Shown one piece after another: positions 54,479 to 64,000 of a DNA stretch of 64,000 nucleotides; position 1 is the stretch's first letter; every line of letters begins with the position of its first letter. The stretch covers positions 215,448 to 279,447 of the forward strand of contig VRVR01000005.1 in NCBI GenBank assembly GCA_009859145.1, written 5' to 3'. The notes beneath the pieces were generated by a model. It did not search any database and was not told the DNA's origin. It worked only from the letters and a program-made list of their open reading frames with translations. This DNA comes from Andalucia godoyi And28. Its lineage: Eukaryota > Protista > Jakobida. The position numbers and the translations under genes are program-made.

Positions 54479-55687
54479 TTATTGTTTCAGCATTGCATCT
54501 CGCAATGCTGGATCTGCGTACCAATCGATGCCAGACTCCACGACGAGTGCACGCAACACGCTCCGCAAAATGGTGTTTCGCTCTCTGAGGATCCGGATGT
54601 ACTCGGCCTCCGTGACGGACGCAGATGAAGAAGAAGCATTAGACGAAGCAGACAGGGACGGTTGCGACAGCCTTTTCAATTCTTGAATTGTCCGTGCAAA
54701 TTGCATGTTGTCACGAGCGAGCTGATTCTGCAGCGAAACGAGAGCTGAGTATTCGTCCTCGAGCGCGCTGACACTGCGCGACAGACCAAGAGCTTCCAGT
54801 GCCAACGAGTCCCGCAAATGCATCGTGTTTACCAGCTGCTCTTGTGGCAGCGAGTCCCCTTCATCACTGATGCCAGCCCCCCGTTGTGAGCCCGACAGAA
54901 CCAACGATTGCTCGACTCTTCTTTGCAGCAATGAATACCGCTGCACGTCCAGCGACAATCGGTAGACTCTGTCCTGTGCCTCTGCGATGCGCTCCCGCAG
55001 CAATTCGTCAATCTGTGCACCAATTTTTAAATCCCGAGCTTCCTGATTACTACTTATGGTCTGGTTCCCTTCGTCATAGCCTTGCACCCGTGATGCCAAT
55101 TCTGCATCTAATTTGCGTCGATGGTGAGAAATCGCGGTTGCGGACTGCATGTTTTCCTGCGACCGTTGTAGCCAATGGCGATACGCAGATCGGTGCAAAA
55201 CATCCTCTGCCGAATACCGGTGCAAAAGAGACCTTTTCTCCAAATCAAAATCCACCAACGATCCATCAAACGAAGACTGAGCAGACACATCCGGATCAGA
55301 CACTGCAGATTCCAAGGATTTCTTCAATACCCTTCGAGATTGTTTTGATGGCGTTCTGACACTGTCTTCCGTTTGCGACGTCGATGATGATGCTGACGAC
55401 AACGAGCGGACAGCGGGAGCAAGTCTTTGAAGCAACGGAACTGCGCCAATTCGAAAATCGAGAACGGACTTCTCGAGCATGTCGCAAACCTCCCGGAACG
55501 ACAACGCAATCTTCGAACTCTCGTAATCTGACGCGCTCTGATTCCGACCATGAGTGTGATTCTGACTCTGGCCGTGAGTGTGAGTGTGATGATCATTGAT
55601 ACCGTTTTGCTGTTTCGAAACACTCAATGGCGTCGTTGGATTCGCAGCTGCTCTTCTCGATGATTTCCTTGGAGTTGGAGTTGCCAT
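54479..55687 (-). CDS. CENP-H/Fta3-like kinetochore protein
   Basis: Coiled coil ending in RNTILRSVLRALVVESGIDWYADPALRDAML, which matches the CENP-H C-terminal signature (L..L..SG..W..DP.L). Confidence 0.7.
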   Translation of the reverse strand: MATPTPRKSSRRAAANPTTPLSVSKQQNGINDHHTHTHGQSQNHTHGRNQSASDYESSKIALSFREVCDMLEKSVLDFRIGAVPLLQRLAPAVRSLSSASSSTSQTEDSVRTPSKQSRRVLKKSLESAVSDPDVSAQSSFDGSLVDFDLEKRSLLHRYSAEDVLHRSAYRHWLQRSQENMQSATAISHHRRKLDAELASRVQGYDEGNQTISSNQEARDLKIGAQIDELLRERIAEAQDRVYRLSLDVQRYSLLQRRVEQSLVLSGSQRGAGISDEGDSLPQEQLVNTMHLRDSLALEALGLSRSVSALEDEYSALVSLQNQLARDNMQFARTIQELKRLSQPSLSASSNASSSSASVTEAEYIRILRERNTILRSVLRALVVESGIDWYADPALRDAMLKQ

Positions 55688-56139
55688 GGCCGTCCTTGCT
55701 CAAACTACAATTAAGAGAGAGAGAAAAAGAAAGAACGATTTTCAATAAAGAAGATTCAAAATAATTACCTCTTGTTTCCTTTCTTTTTCTCTTATTATTT
55801 TTTTCCTGCGCAAAAAAAAAATTAAATAAATACGTAACGATAATTTTAATAAAAATACATATACAATACATACTTTTCTTTATCGAATGGAAAATTCGTC
55901 AAGGAAGAAACGAAGAAAACGAAAAAACTGGGCGGGACTTTTTCGATTGCTTTGCATACAGCAGGCAAGTGAACCCAAATTCTCATTTTCTGAAAAAAAT
56001 ACGAGAGGCGCGAGTCACGACTGCACAAGAGCGTTGGAGCTTGGGTGGGACACTGATAGAGGGTTGGGTGGGGCGGAGGGACAGCAAAAGAAGAAGACTT
56101 TGCGGCAAATGCAGTGAAGAAAGAATTGAGCAATGTATT

Positions 56140-56757
56140 TTAAGTGGTGCCGGGAATTGGACTGTACAAGACTCGGACGACAAGCGAGCATTGCGCGCAA
56201 GGAAACAGCTGGATCCCGCTTTCCAAGTCGGTTTCTGTAATGACGCACTTTTCGCTGCATCGACACACGTGAATCCACACCCATTGTCCTCCATTCGCAG
56301 CAGATTCGTCCGAAAACCCTACTGATGACGTTGGGGATGTAGGGGAGGGCGACTGAAACGGGATCCAAAGCGAAGAAAGGTCGTCCAAATCGACCTCATC
56401 CGCAACATCTCCATCCATGCTCATCGCAAGCTGCAGATCCTCGCGCAACGAACTCGCGCACACGGATACTTCATCTCCGGAACTCTCAGCATCGGGACCA
56501 CTGACACTAACACTAACACTGACAAGGACATTCTGGGGACGATGGAATCCATGACGCTTGTCATAGGCTTCTCTGCGCCGTGCATCTCCCAATACCCGAT
56601 ACGCTTCCATCAACCGCACAAATCGCAAATCCTCATGATGGTCATCTGACGCAAGGAGCTTGTCGGGATGGATCTGGATTGCCCGGCGTCGAAACGCACT
56701 TCGAATGACACTCGACGAAGACCCAATCTCAACTCCAAGAATCTGATAATGGTTCAT
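56140..56757 (-). CDS. DPH4: J-domain + CSL zinc finger protein (DPH4/DNAJC24-like)
   Basis: NHYQILGV...HPDK J-domain; DEVDLDDL...CRCS...CAQCSLVVRV. Confidence 0.82.
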   Translation of the reverse strand: MNHYQILGVEIGSSSSVIRSAFRRRAIQIHPDKLLASDDHHEDLRFVRLMEAYRVLGDARRREAYDKRHGFHRPQNVLVSVSVSVSGPDAESSGDEVSVCASSLREDLQLAMSMDGDVADEVDLDDLSSLWIPFQSPSPTSPTSSVGFSDESAANGGQWVWIHVCRCSEKCVITETDLESGIQLFPCAQCSLVVRVLYSPIPGTT

Positions 56758-57147
56758 TCTGTCTCGCGTTCGCTCCTCTCATACCCGGGTACGTACGGAA
56801 CGCTCCATAATTCGTCGATCGTAATGTTTTGTCAATGAGTGTGAAAAAATCATTTCAACGACTTCACAAACAAATAGCAAACTCCCTTCTGCTACCAATG
56901 TCATTCCTGGGTGTCATTGGGTCCTCATTCGTAATTGCTCTGACAAAACCCCGAACCTTTTTGGATATGAAATACTTTCTCCATTAAGTATCCGTCGTTT
57001 TTCTCTTTTTCTTCTTGTCTTTTCTTCTTCTTCTTCTTCTTCTGATTATGATTATGATTATGATTATTACTGTTATTATTTTTCTTCTTCTCACAAGTAA
57101 TTAAACCGCACACACAACACACGGACACACACGCTCGCAAATAGATC

Positions 57148-58805
57148 ATGGCGACTACGCAGGCTGAAGTGTCGTATCGCATTGGACCATACAAGCTGGG
57201 CCAAACGCTTGGAAAAGGGTCGTTTGGAAAAGTCAAGCGTATGCGTTTTTAACATCCTTTTCGGTTCTTTTCCTCTTTGCATTCGATTTGTTTCGCGAGT
57301 ATTGACGTGTGTTATTTTCTTCTTCTTCCTTCTCCATACTTTTTATTGCGAGAAAAATTATTCTAGTCGGGGAGCATGAGAAGACGGGGTACAAAGTCGC
57401 CGTCAAGATCCTGAATCGGCAAAAGATCAAGACCTCTCAAATGGACAAGAAGATCCGTCGAGAAATCAACATTCTGAAGCTTTTTCGACATCCACACATC
57501 ATTCGGTTGTATGAAGTCATCGAGACAAAAACAGACATCTTCCTGATTATGGAATATGTATCGGGAGGCGAGCTGTTTGATTACATCGTAACCAAAGGAA
57601 AGCTCTCCGAAGACGAAGCAAGAAAGTTTTTTCAGCAAATCATTTCTGGAGTCGAGTATTGCCACCGATTCCGTGTTGTCCACCGAGACTTGAAACCCGA
57701 GAACCTTCTCTTGGACGGAGACCGAAGCGTCAAGATTGCAGATTTTGGATTGTCAAACATGATGCATGACGGGGATTTTCTAAAGACCTCCTGTGGATCC
57801 CCCAATTATGCGGCTCCCGAAGTTATCTCGGGGAAGCTGTATGCAGGTCCCGAGGTGGATGTCTGGTCATGTGGAGTCATCTTGTATGCGTTGCTGTGTG
57901 GTCGTCTGCCGTTTGACGAGGAGACGATTCCGTCGTTGTTCAGAAAGATTCGAGAGGGAGAGTATGCAGTCCCGCACCACTTGTCGCCGGGAGCTCGAGA
58001 TTTGATTTCAAAGATCCTTGTTGTGGATCCGCTAAGGAGAATCACGATTTCGGACATTCAGTCGCATCCATGGTTCCAAACAAATCTGCCGCAGTATCTT
58101 TCATTGTCGGTGGACATGGATCCATTTTCTTCCACAGCCATTGACGAACTCGTGTTGGCAGAAACTAGCGAGAAGATGTACTGTGATCCGGAGACGGCTC
58201 GCGAATACATCCAGAAGGAAGTCATCAACGATGTCACCGTGGCTTACAACTTGCTGCTGGACGCCAAGCTTCGTGCGCAGCAGCATGCTCAAAATGGTGT
58301 CGTATCACCGCAACTGGCCGCGTCTCCGCCGCATGCAGCTTTCCTGAACATCTCGGATGATATTGCGGAGTCGATGGGATCGTCGTATGGCGGCACATCA
58401 GGACTGAATCCTGTGGAGACGGCAACGACGCCCAACTCCGTTGTCGAGGGTGGATGGCACCTTGGAATCCATTCAAGGCACGCGCCGATGGAGCTCATGG
58501 AAGAATTGTACACAGTATGTGAACGACTGCAGTATGATTGGCGGTCTCTTGGAGAATTTCACATCAAGGTGAGATGTCCTGGTGGTGGAGATCCAGACGA
58601 CACGCAAGAAGACATTGGTTCCGAAGATGAGGAGCTGCGTGGAAGAAGCACATATCGAAACACGGTTACCGTCGGTGTGATGTTGTTTGCCGTGCCAGAG
58701 GGCGGCTACTTGCTCGAGTTCCGCAAAATGGAGGGCACGGTGTTTCGTTTCATGGAAGTGTGTGCAAGCTTGCATGTGAACTTGTGCAGAAGAGGTGTTT
58801 CATAA
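57148..58805 (+). CDS. SNF1: AMPK/SNF1 catalytic alpha subunit; 2 exons (57148-57238, 57367-58805)
   Basis: LGKGSFGKVKL across the intron GTATGC 57239-57366; DFGLSNMMHDGDFLKTSCGSPNYAAPE; UBA-like region; KA1-like WHLGIHSR...FMEVCASL. Confidence 0.95.
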
Positions 58806-59208
58806 GTAAAAAAAAATAAAAAATCCGAGGGAAAAAAAAGTTGCAGAAAGCGAGAAGAAGATAAATAAATAAAAATAATGATAATAATAATAAAGCAGGC
58901 GATGTACATGACTCAGTGAAACAAATCACGATGATGATGAACAAAATACAGAAAACGAGTCGAATCCAAACGCAGAAACATCCAGCAAAATGCGACTTGC
59001 CGGCAGAATGAAAAATTATGATAATAATACAATAGAAAATAATAGAAATGATATAAAGAAGAAATACAATATTAAAAAAAAACAAAAAAAAAACATGAAA
59101 TGCAAGGAGGAGAAAGAAACATGCTTTCCCTCCTTCCCTTCCTCGAAAACAAAAGAATAATTGACAAGAAACAAAAGCAAACCAGCACAGTCAACATGCA
59201 AAAAAATG

Positions 59209-62200
59209 TTAGAGAGGAACGACCATATCATCGGTCATCATGAAATCGGATTCGGGAAACACAGCTCCAGACAAGGAGTCCACCATTGATTCGACGGTGC
59301 CCGCACTCTCCTGCATGGTCTCTGCGGCAGATTCCATTCCACTCTGATTCGTACCATGTATGGGACCCGTACTATCGATGAGCAAGTCCATGGCCTGCAT
59401 AGAGGTTGTCGCCAACAATTGTGAATTGTCAGCGAACGCCGATTTCAGCAACGCCTCATCATACAGCTGGCCGTGGAGCAAGTTGCTTTGCAAGGAAGCA
59501 GTAAACCCCTTCAGAGACTTGGCAATGCAAGGAACAAAAGACGAGAATGAAGCTGTTTCAGGAACATCTTCCAATTTCGACACAATCGCCGTGCATGCAG
59601 CTTCCACGGAAGCAGTCATGACCCCCGACGACATGAGGGCCTCCAAAAAGGACACAAGATTCTTGGAGTTCCGAGACACAGTTGCAGTGGAGGAGCACCT
59701 TAACGTACTGCGAACCAGCCGAGGAATAGCAGTACCAAGATGGTCCGCAACATTTGGAGCCGTTATCAAGCCGGTGACATCACAAATAAGGCGACGTTCC
59801 AAGTCGGCGTTGGTGGATGAAGAACATTGGGTGATGAAAGACAATGCCTTCACCAGAGAGTTGACAGAACCTAATCGCATCGAAGAGTCTGTACAGCAAT
59901 CCAAGAACCGAAGAACGGACATGAGGTATGAAAAAGGCGCCGGGAGAGGAAGCTTGGCCTTTGCAGCAGTTTTTCCGTCCACAATCGGCAGTGATCGAAG
60001 ACGCAAAACAAGTTGAACAAACTGTGAAACTCTGAGAATCGGCGGGGTTTGCAGCGTGGTGAGAATCACCGGTTGCTCCGTCGCAGGAGAGAATGCCCTG
60101 ACTTCTCTCATGCGGTTCCACGCCCAATGCAGCACAACGAGCATCCGCTGTTGATCTGTTCGTTGGTCACTGCGCTGGAACCTACCGTAATTCCCAATCA
60201 ACCATTTCAAGTGCTGCATCGCCCCTAATGTTGCACCGGGAGCCATTGCAATAAAGGGGCCCATGGGGAACAAAAAGTTCTGTTGCTGCAGTTGGGTACG
60301 ATCAGGAGTGGAGCCGATCTGACGGTACACGTTTTCAAGGCATTTCGACAAGAAATACGGAAGAAGAACAACCAGCTGCAACGGGGATATCACAGTTGGC
60401 AGAGGCCTCGTTTCTGCAGTACTGGACACGACTTCCCACAGTTCTTGGGCATTTTCCATCAGAACAACGTACTCCGCAGCGACGTCATGTACGAAGCCAG
60501 CGCACACCAGAACAGCCACTTCAATGGACTTGAAAAAGTGCACAACAGCATCGTTTCCTTGAAAGAGCGACGACCGCACGCTTTGCACAGACCGTCCAAG
60601 AACCTGCCGGAACGTCGTGGCTTGGCCTGCCGCGGTGAGAAACTTCACTTTTGCCTCAATCAGCGTATTGAGGCAAATCATGCAGTACCCAAATGTCACA
60701 TGCGACATGGATGATTGCACTTCATTAAAGGCAGAGACATACGCACCACATAGCAGGGACGAAATGATTGGCTCCAGGGAGTTTCCAGCATCAAGAGCCT
60801 CCAAAACGACTTCGCGCCGACTAATCTCAATGCACAGATGGCACATTCTAAGCAAATGCGTATGGTCAATACAAACTCGGTTGATCAATCGCATGATTCG
60901 ATGATGGAACACCATAGAGTCCAGAATGTCGGACTGTAAGGCAAACGATGCAATTTCAGAAAGTTTTGGATCATAAGGTTGCGAAACACTGGTCATGTGT
61001 TCGAGAGCTTCATCTAAAGATGAAAACCCGGGTGGAGCCGGAAGAGACCTTTCCCGCAACGAAGAATCATCCATGAATCCAAATACTTGACCAATGTGAT
61101 ACCGATCCAGGCCACAGTACTCGCCAGCCACGCAAAGAGCAGAGAAGACACGGACCTGCATGTCTTGAACTCCGAGTTCCGTGGCTAAATTCTGGGCATC
61201 ATGATGCGACAACATAGACATCACGTCATGAGACACTTGAATCAGAAATGACTGTTCTTTGCGAGCGCTTGGTGTGAAATGCAATTTAGAGAAAATGTGA
61301 ACGACAACCGTCATGAAAAATACACAGCACCGGAAAGGGAGTGATTCCAAGAATACAGCGTCAAAGCGACCAGGTAATGTTCCTGCATTTTTCATCGTCG
61401 ACAGTGTATTCGATGACCCAATCCCTTGCAGCAATATCAAGTCCAACGTCACGGATGCAAAAGCCTGAGAGAGCGAAAGACCATCTTGAGCGCACAATTT
61501 TCGAATCAAGAATTCCAGCAAAGACTTTTGAGATTGCGGTTTCGAGACCAGGACAGTTAGCGTTTCCCACAATCGCCGTTCATGATACAGTACAAACTTG
61601 CGACCGGATGGGGCACTTGGAGCGGGTAGAACAGTCGCAGTAATCGGGGAGAGAGCACTAGAAGAATGCAGAGGATTTGAAGAAGAATGCGAAGAATGCA
61701 GAGAACCGGAACTGCTGCTGCTACTGTTTGATTGCATAGCCATTGAAAGCAGTCGAACTGGAGAGTCTCCTTGCGACAGTGCCGGGGAAGCAGAGGGCGA
61801 CGGACACCCCGCAGCCGCAAGCATTCCATCCAGCAAAGGTACAAATTCATTCACTGGATTCTGGGTGAATACGGAATGAATTTCAACACCGGCAGCGGCA
61901 AATCGTGCACGCCCCTGTCGAATGGCATCGGCCAGCGGGCTGCTCACTCCTGATATTCGCAGAACCGACACCAGAGGATCGCGAACGGAGAGCACAGACT
62001 TCACAAGACTGCTAATTCTTTGCTGTTCATGTACGGACATGCCTTGGTTTTCCGATGCGGCACTTAGCCTCAGCAGCAGCATTGCAACCTGAAATAGAGC
62101 ATCGACCCAGCACTTCAGCACCATTGCACGATCTGTGCCGTTGCCGTTTGATGCTGTCGCTGTCGCTGTCGCTGCCGCTGATTGCAATTTTGGATTCCGC

Positions 62201-62688
62201 AAGGTGTGCTCCCGGACATACGTTTCGGCAAATTCCCGCACTCGTTTCTGTGAAAACCGTGCGAACAACAATGTTAGTCGATCCAGAACGCTGCTACAGC
62301 ATGACTCGAGGACTAGTGGAACCCACTCCGCAGCTTCGAGTGCAGAGAGAATGCCGCTTGCAAATGTGTGTTCATAATACTTTTGCAGAATCTGCGCATT
62401 TTCGGAGAACCCAACCTGCGACACGAGGGTAACAAACAACTGCTGTTTTGTCACTTCGCCCAATGACAATTTTCTCATGCATAAGATTCCGAACGCAACA
62501 GGAGACAGCTGTGCGTCCCATGCTGCACTAACAATTCGAGTCATGTTGCTTAGAGAATTACCCGTGGACGTCACAGCGTTCGTAGCGTTTCCGGCAGCGG
62601 TGGCGACCACTCTTTGCGAAGAACTGGAACAGCGAACAAGAGGTTGTTGATCTGATTGCAGTGGATGTACAGTGTTCATCAATGACAT
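59209..62688 (-). CDS. Mediator tail subunit MED24/Med5-like; start inferred
   Basis: N-terminal IVSAAWDAQLSPVAFGILCMRKL...TLVSQVGFSENAQILQKYYEHTFASGILS parallels MED24 ILQAWKERWS...LLEQAMIGPSPNPLILSYLKYAISSQMVS (from memory). Confidence 0.5.
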   Translation of the reverse strand: MSLMNTVHPLQSDQQPLVRCSSSSQRVVATAAGNATNAVTSTGNSLSNMTRIVSAAWDAQLSPVAFGILCMRKLSLGEVTKQQLFVTLVSQVGFSENAQILQKYYEHTFASGILSALEAAEWVPLVLESCCSSVLDRLTLLFARFSQKRVREFAETYVREHTLRNPKLQSAAATATATASNGNGTDRAMVLKCWVDALFQVAMLLLRLSAASENQGMSVHEQQRISSLVKSVLSVRDPLVSVLRISGVSSPLADAIRQGRARFAAAGVEIHSVFTQNPVNEFVPLLDGMLAAAGCPSPSASPALSQGDSPVRLLSMAMQSNSSSSSSGSLHSSHSSSNPLHSSSALSPITATVLPAPSAPSGRKFVLYHERRLWETLTVLVSKPQSQKSLLEFLIRKLCAQDGLSLSQAFASVTLDLILLQGIGSSNTLSTMKNAGTLPGRFDAVFLESLPFRCCVFFMTVVVHIFSKLHFTPSARKEQSFLIQVSHDVMSMLSHHDAQNLATELGVQDMQVRVFSALCVAGEYCGLDRYHIGQVFGFMDDSSLRERSLPAPPGFSSLDEALEHMTSVSQPYDPKLSEIASFALQSDILDSMVFHHRIMRLINRVCIDHTHLLRMCHLCIEISRREVVLEALDAGNSLEPIISSLLCGAYVSAFNEVQSSMSHVTFGYCMICLNTLIEAKVKFLTAAGQATTFRQVLGRSVQSVRSSLFQGNDAVVHFFKSIEVAVLVCAGFVHDVAAEYVVLMENAQELWEVVSSTAETRPLPTVISPLQLVVLLPYFLSKCLENVYRQIGSTPDRTQLQQQNFLFPMGPFIAMAPGATLGAMQHLKWLIGNYGRFQRSDQRTDQQRMLVVLHWAWNRMREVRAFSPATEQPVILTTLQTPPILRVSQFVQLVLRLRSLPIVDGKTAAKAKLPLPAPFSYLMSVLRFLDCCTDSSMRLGSVNSLVKALSFITQCSSSTNADLERRLICDVTGLITAPNVADHLGTAIPRLVRSTLRCSSTATVSRNSKNLVSFLEALMSSGVMTASVEAACTAIVSKLEDVPETASFSSFVPCIAKSLKGFTASLQSNLLHGQLYDEALLKSAFADNSQLLATTSMQAMDLLIDSTGPIHGTNQSGMESAAETMQESAGTVESMVDSLSGAVFPESDFMMTDDMVVPL

Positions 62689-63071
62689 GAGTACAGACCT
62701 GACACCATGAAAAGAACAGAATAAATAGTATGTATATATAGATACGTGATCGAAGCAACAAGCAAATGAATCAAACAACAACAACAATAACAAAGAGCTC
62801 AAGAATGATAAATAAATGTCAGAAGAAGTTTGCTGCACACCTTTTTCAAGTACGCGTATGCAGACCAAGGGAGTCGAGGAGGGTCCACACAAGTCCACCC
62901 AGAGCACACAGACAGCAAGGGATGCAACAACACAACACTGAACGACACTGTCAGGATAGGAGAGAGATTTGCCTGGTGACAACTTGCTCCCCCACAAAAA
63001 AGAAAACAACAACAACAACAGATGGGCTTAGTTAAGACGGGCAGATTGAAAGTCAAAGGAAAACAAAAACA

Positions 63072-63116
63072 ATATATATATATATAAATATATAAATATA
63101 AATATAAATATATATA

Positions 63117-63157
<41 letters not shown>

Positions 63158-63160
63158 ATT
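63072..63160. repeat. (TA)n/(TATATG)n microsatellite
   Basis: Read directly. Confidence 0.9.
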
Positions 63161-63559
63161 TGAGGGGGGGAAAACACATGAAAGAGAAAGGAGAAGGATC
63201 GAACCAGAATCTTTTTTGAATACGGGAAACATGGATGAAATGGCGTGTTTTTTTCCCCCAGCTTTTTGAGAATTTTGCTGATTGCTCGTCAGTCGTCGTC
63301 AGTCGGCCAACTCTGTTTTCAAGCATTGCGTCGGGGCTTTTCTTCTGATCTCTTTTTGCGGGAAAGATGGATGGATGAAGGAGAGGGTGAAAGGGTGTTC
63401 AAGTCAGCATCAATTGATGCTGTCAGAGTGAAGTTCGTTAGAGTTTCGTGACTGCAATAAGCATGATGATGCAAAAAAAATACCAATGTTGGATAACGGA
63501 GCTCATGGGTTTTTTGTTTTGTTTTTTGAATGTTTTGGAGTATTTGTTGCGGAGAAGGG

Positions 63560-64000
63560 ATGGAGATTGACTCTGAAAAGCTGTCCGAGGTGACAGGTTG
63601 GCTTCGTCGCGTGTTCCAGAGTGACAGTGTGCCTGTTTTTGAAGTGACACCCGAGACAATTGAGATGCTGCATATTCTTTCGCGGCTTCACAAGATCCGG
63701 TGCACTGAGCAAATGCACTTGCTCTCGACGATCCAGAAAGAATCTGAATCGTACAAATCAAGAAATGGACTGCTGCGCACGCAGCTCGAAAATGTCGGAC
63801 TTTCTCTCGATTCTTTTTCGTCTAGAACAAAGCAAAATTTGCTTGTGCTAGGATCAACGGCAGCTGAGCTGGGTTTGGAGCGGCTCTCGCTCGACTCGCT
63901 TGTCATTTCCACAGACGATCTGATTGTACAACGCGAAAAGGCAGGACACCTCGTTTCTGAGCTCAGGGAACACGCGGCGGATGTCGACAGACTGCATTCG
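63560..64000 (+). CDS. HAUS1: HAUS augmin-like complex subunit 1 (5' partial view; runs off the window, absent from the ORF track)
   Basis: MEIDSEKLSEVTGWLRRVFQSDSVPVFEVTPETIEMLHIL...LLVLGSTAAELGL matches the HAUS1 V..WL..VF...P.FE.N..T..L motif. Confidence 0.75.
   Translation, partial: MEIDSEKLSEVTGWLRRVFQSDSVPVFEVTPETIEMLHILSRLHKIRCTEQMHLLSTIQKESESYKSRNGLLRTQLENVGLSLDSFSSRTKQNLLVLGSTAAELGLERLSLDSLVISTDDLIVQREKAGHLVSELREHAADVDRLHS

Noticed and set aside
13829-56757. Translation-modification cluster (URM1, gatA, DPH5, DPH4)
   Set aside because: Dispersed over 43 kb; expected by chance in a gene-dense genome.

Overview
Gene-dense, intron-poor eukaryotic (protist-like) chromosome segment. About 33 protein-coding genes are packed between AT-rich, microsatellite-laden spacers, and the few inferable introns have strong GTATGY/GTACGT/GTAGAG donors. 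The taxon cannot be fixed from sequence alone. Housekeeping genes include PGM2, URM1, LTV1, GatA, TFIIH p44, DPH5, a DPH4-like J protein, PIG-H, cyclin L, BAF60, CENP-H-like, SNF1/AMPK, MED24/Med5-like, HAUS1 and a MAK/ICK kinase. Two things stand out. (1) A dispersed family of short, decayed Fanzor/TnpB-derived elements that the ORF track largely misses: at least 3 clear copies (15.0-15.4 kb, 37.8-38.2 kb, 45.85-46.07 kb) plus weaker fragments. They keep the RuvC-II/Zn-finger/RuvC-III end and a strand-specific 3' RNA hairpin ending near a shared ATGCATAATG, consistent with omegaRNA-carrying 'ghost' elements. (2) Unusual signalling fusions: an acylated sAC-like adenylyl cyclase-STAND-TPR protein ending in a bacterial-type CxxC peroxiredoxin-like domain, a Macro-REM-RasGEF, a pseudo-PARP/B-box protein and an LRR-PP2C. 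All family assignments come from motif recognition by eye, not from database searches.
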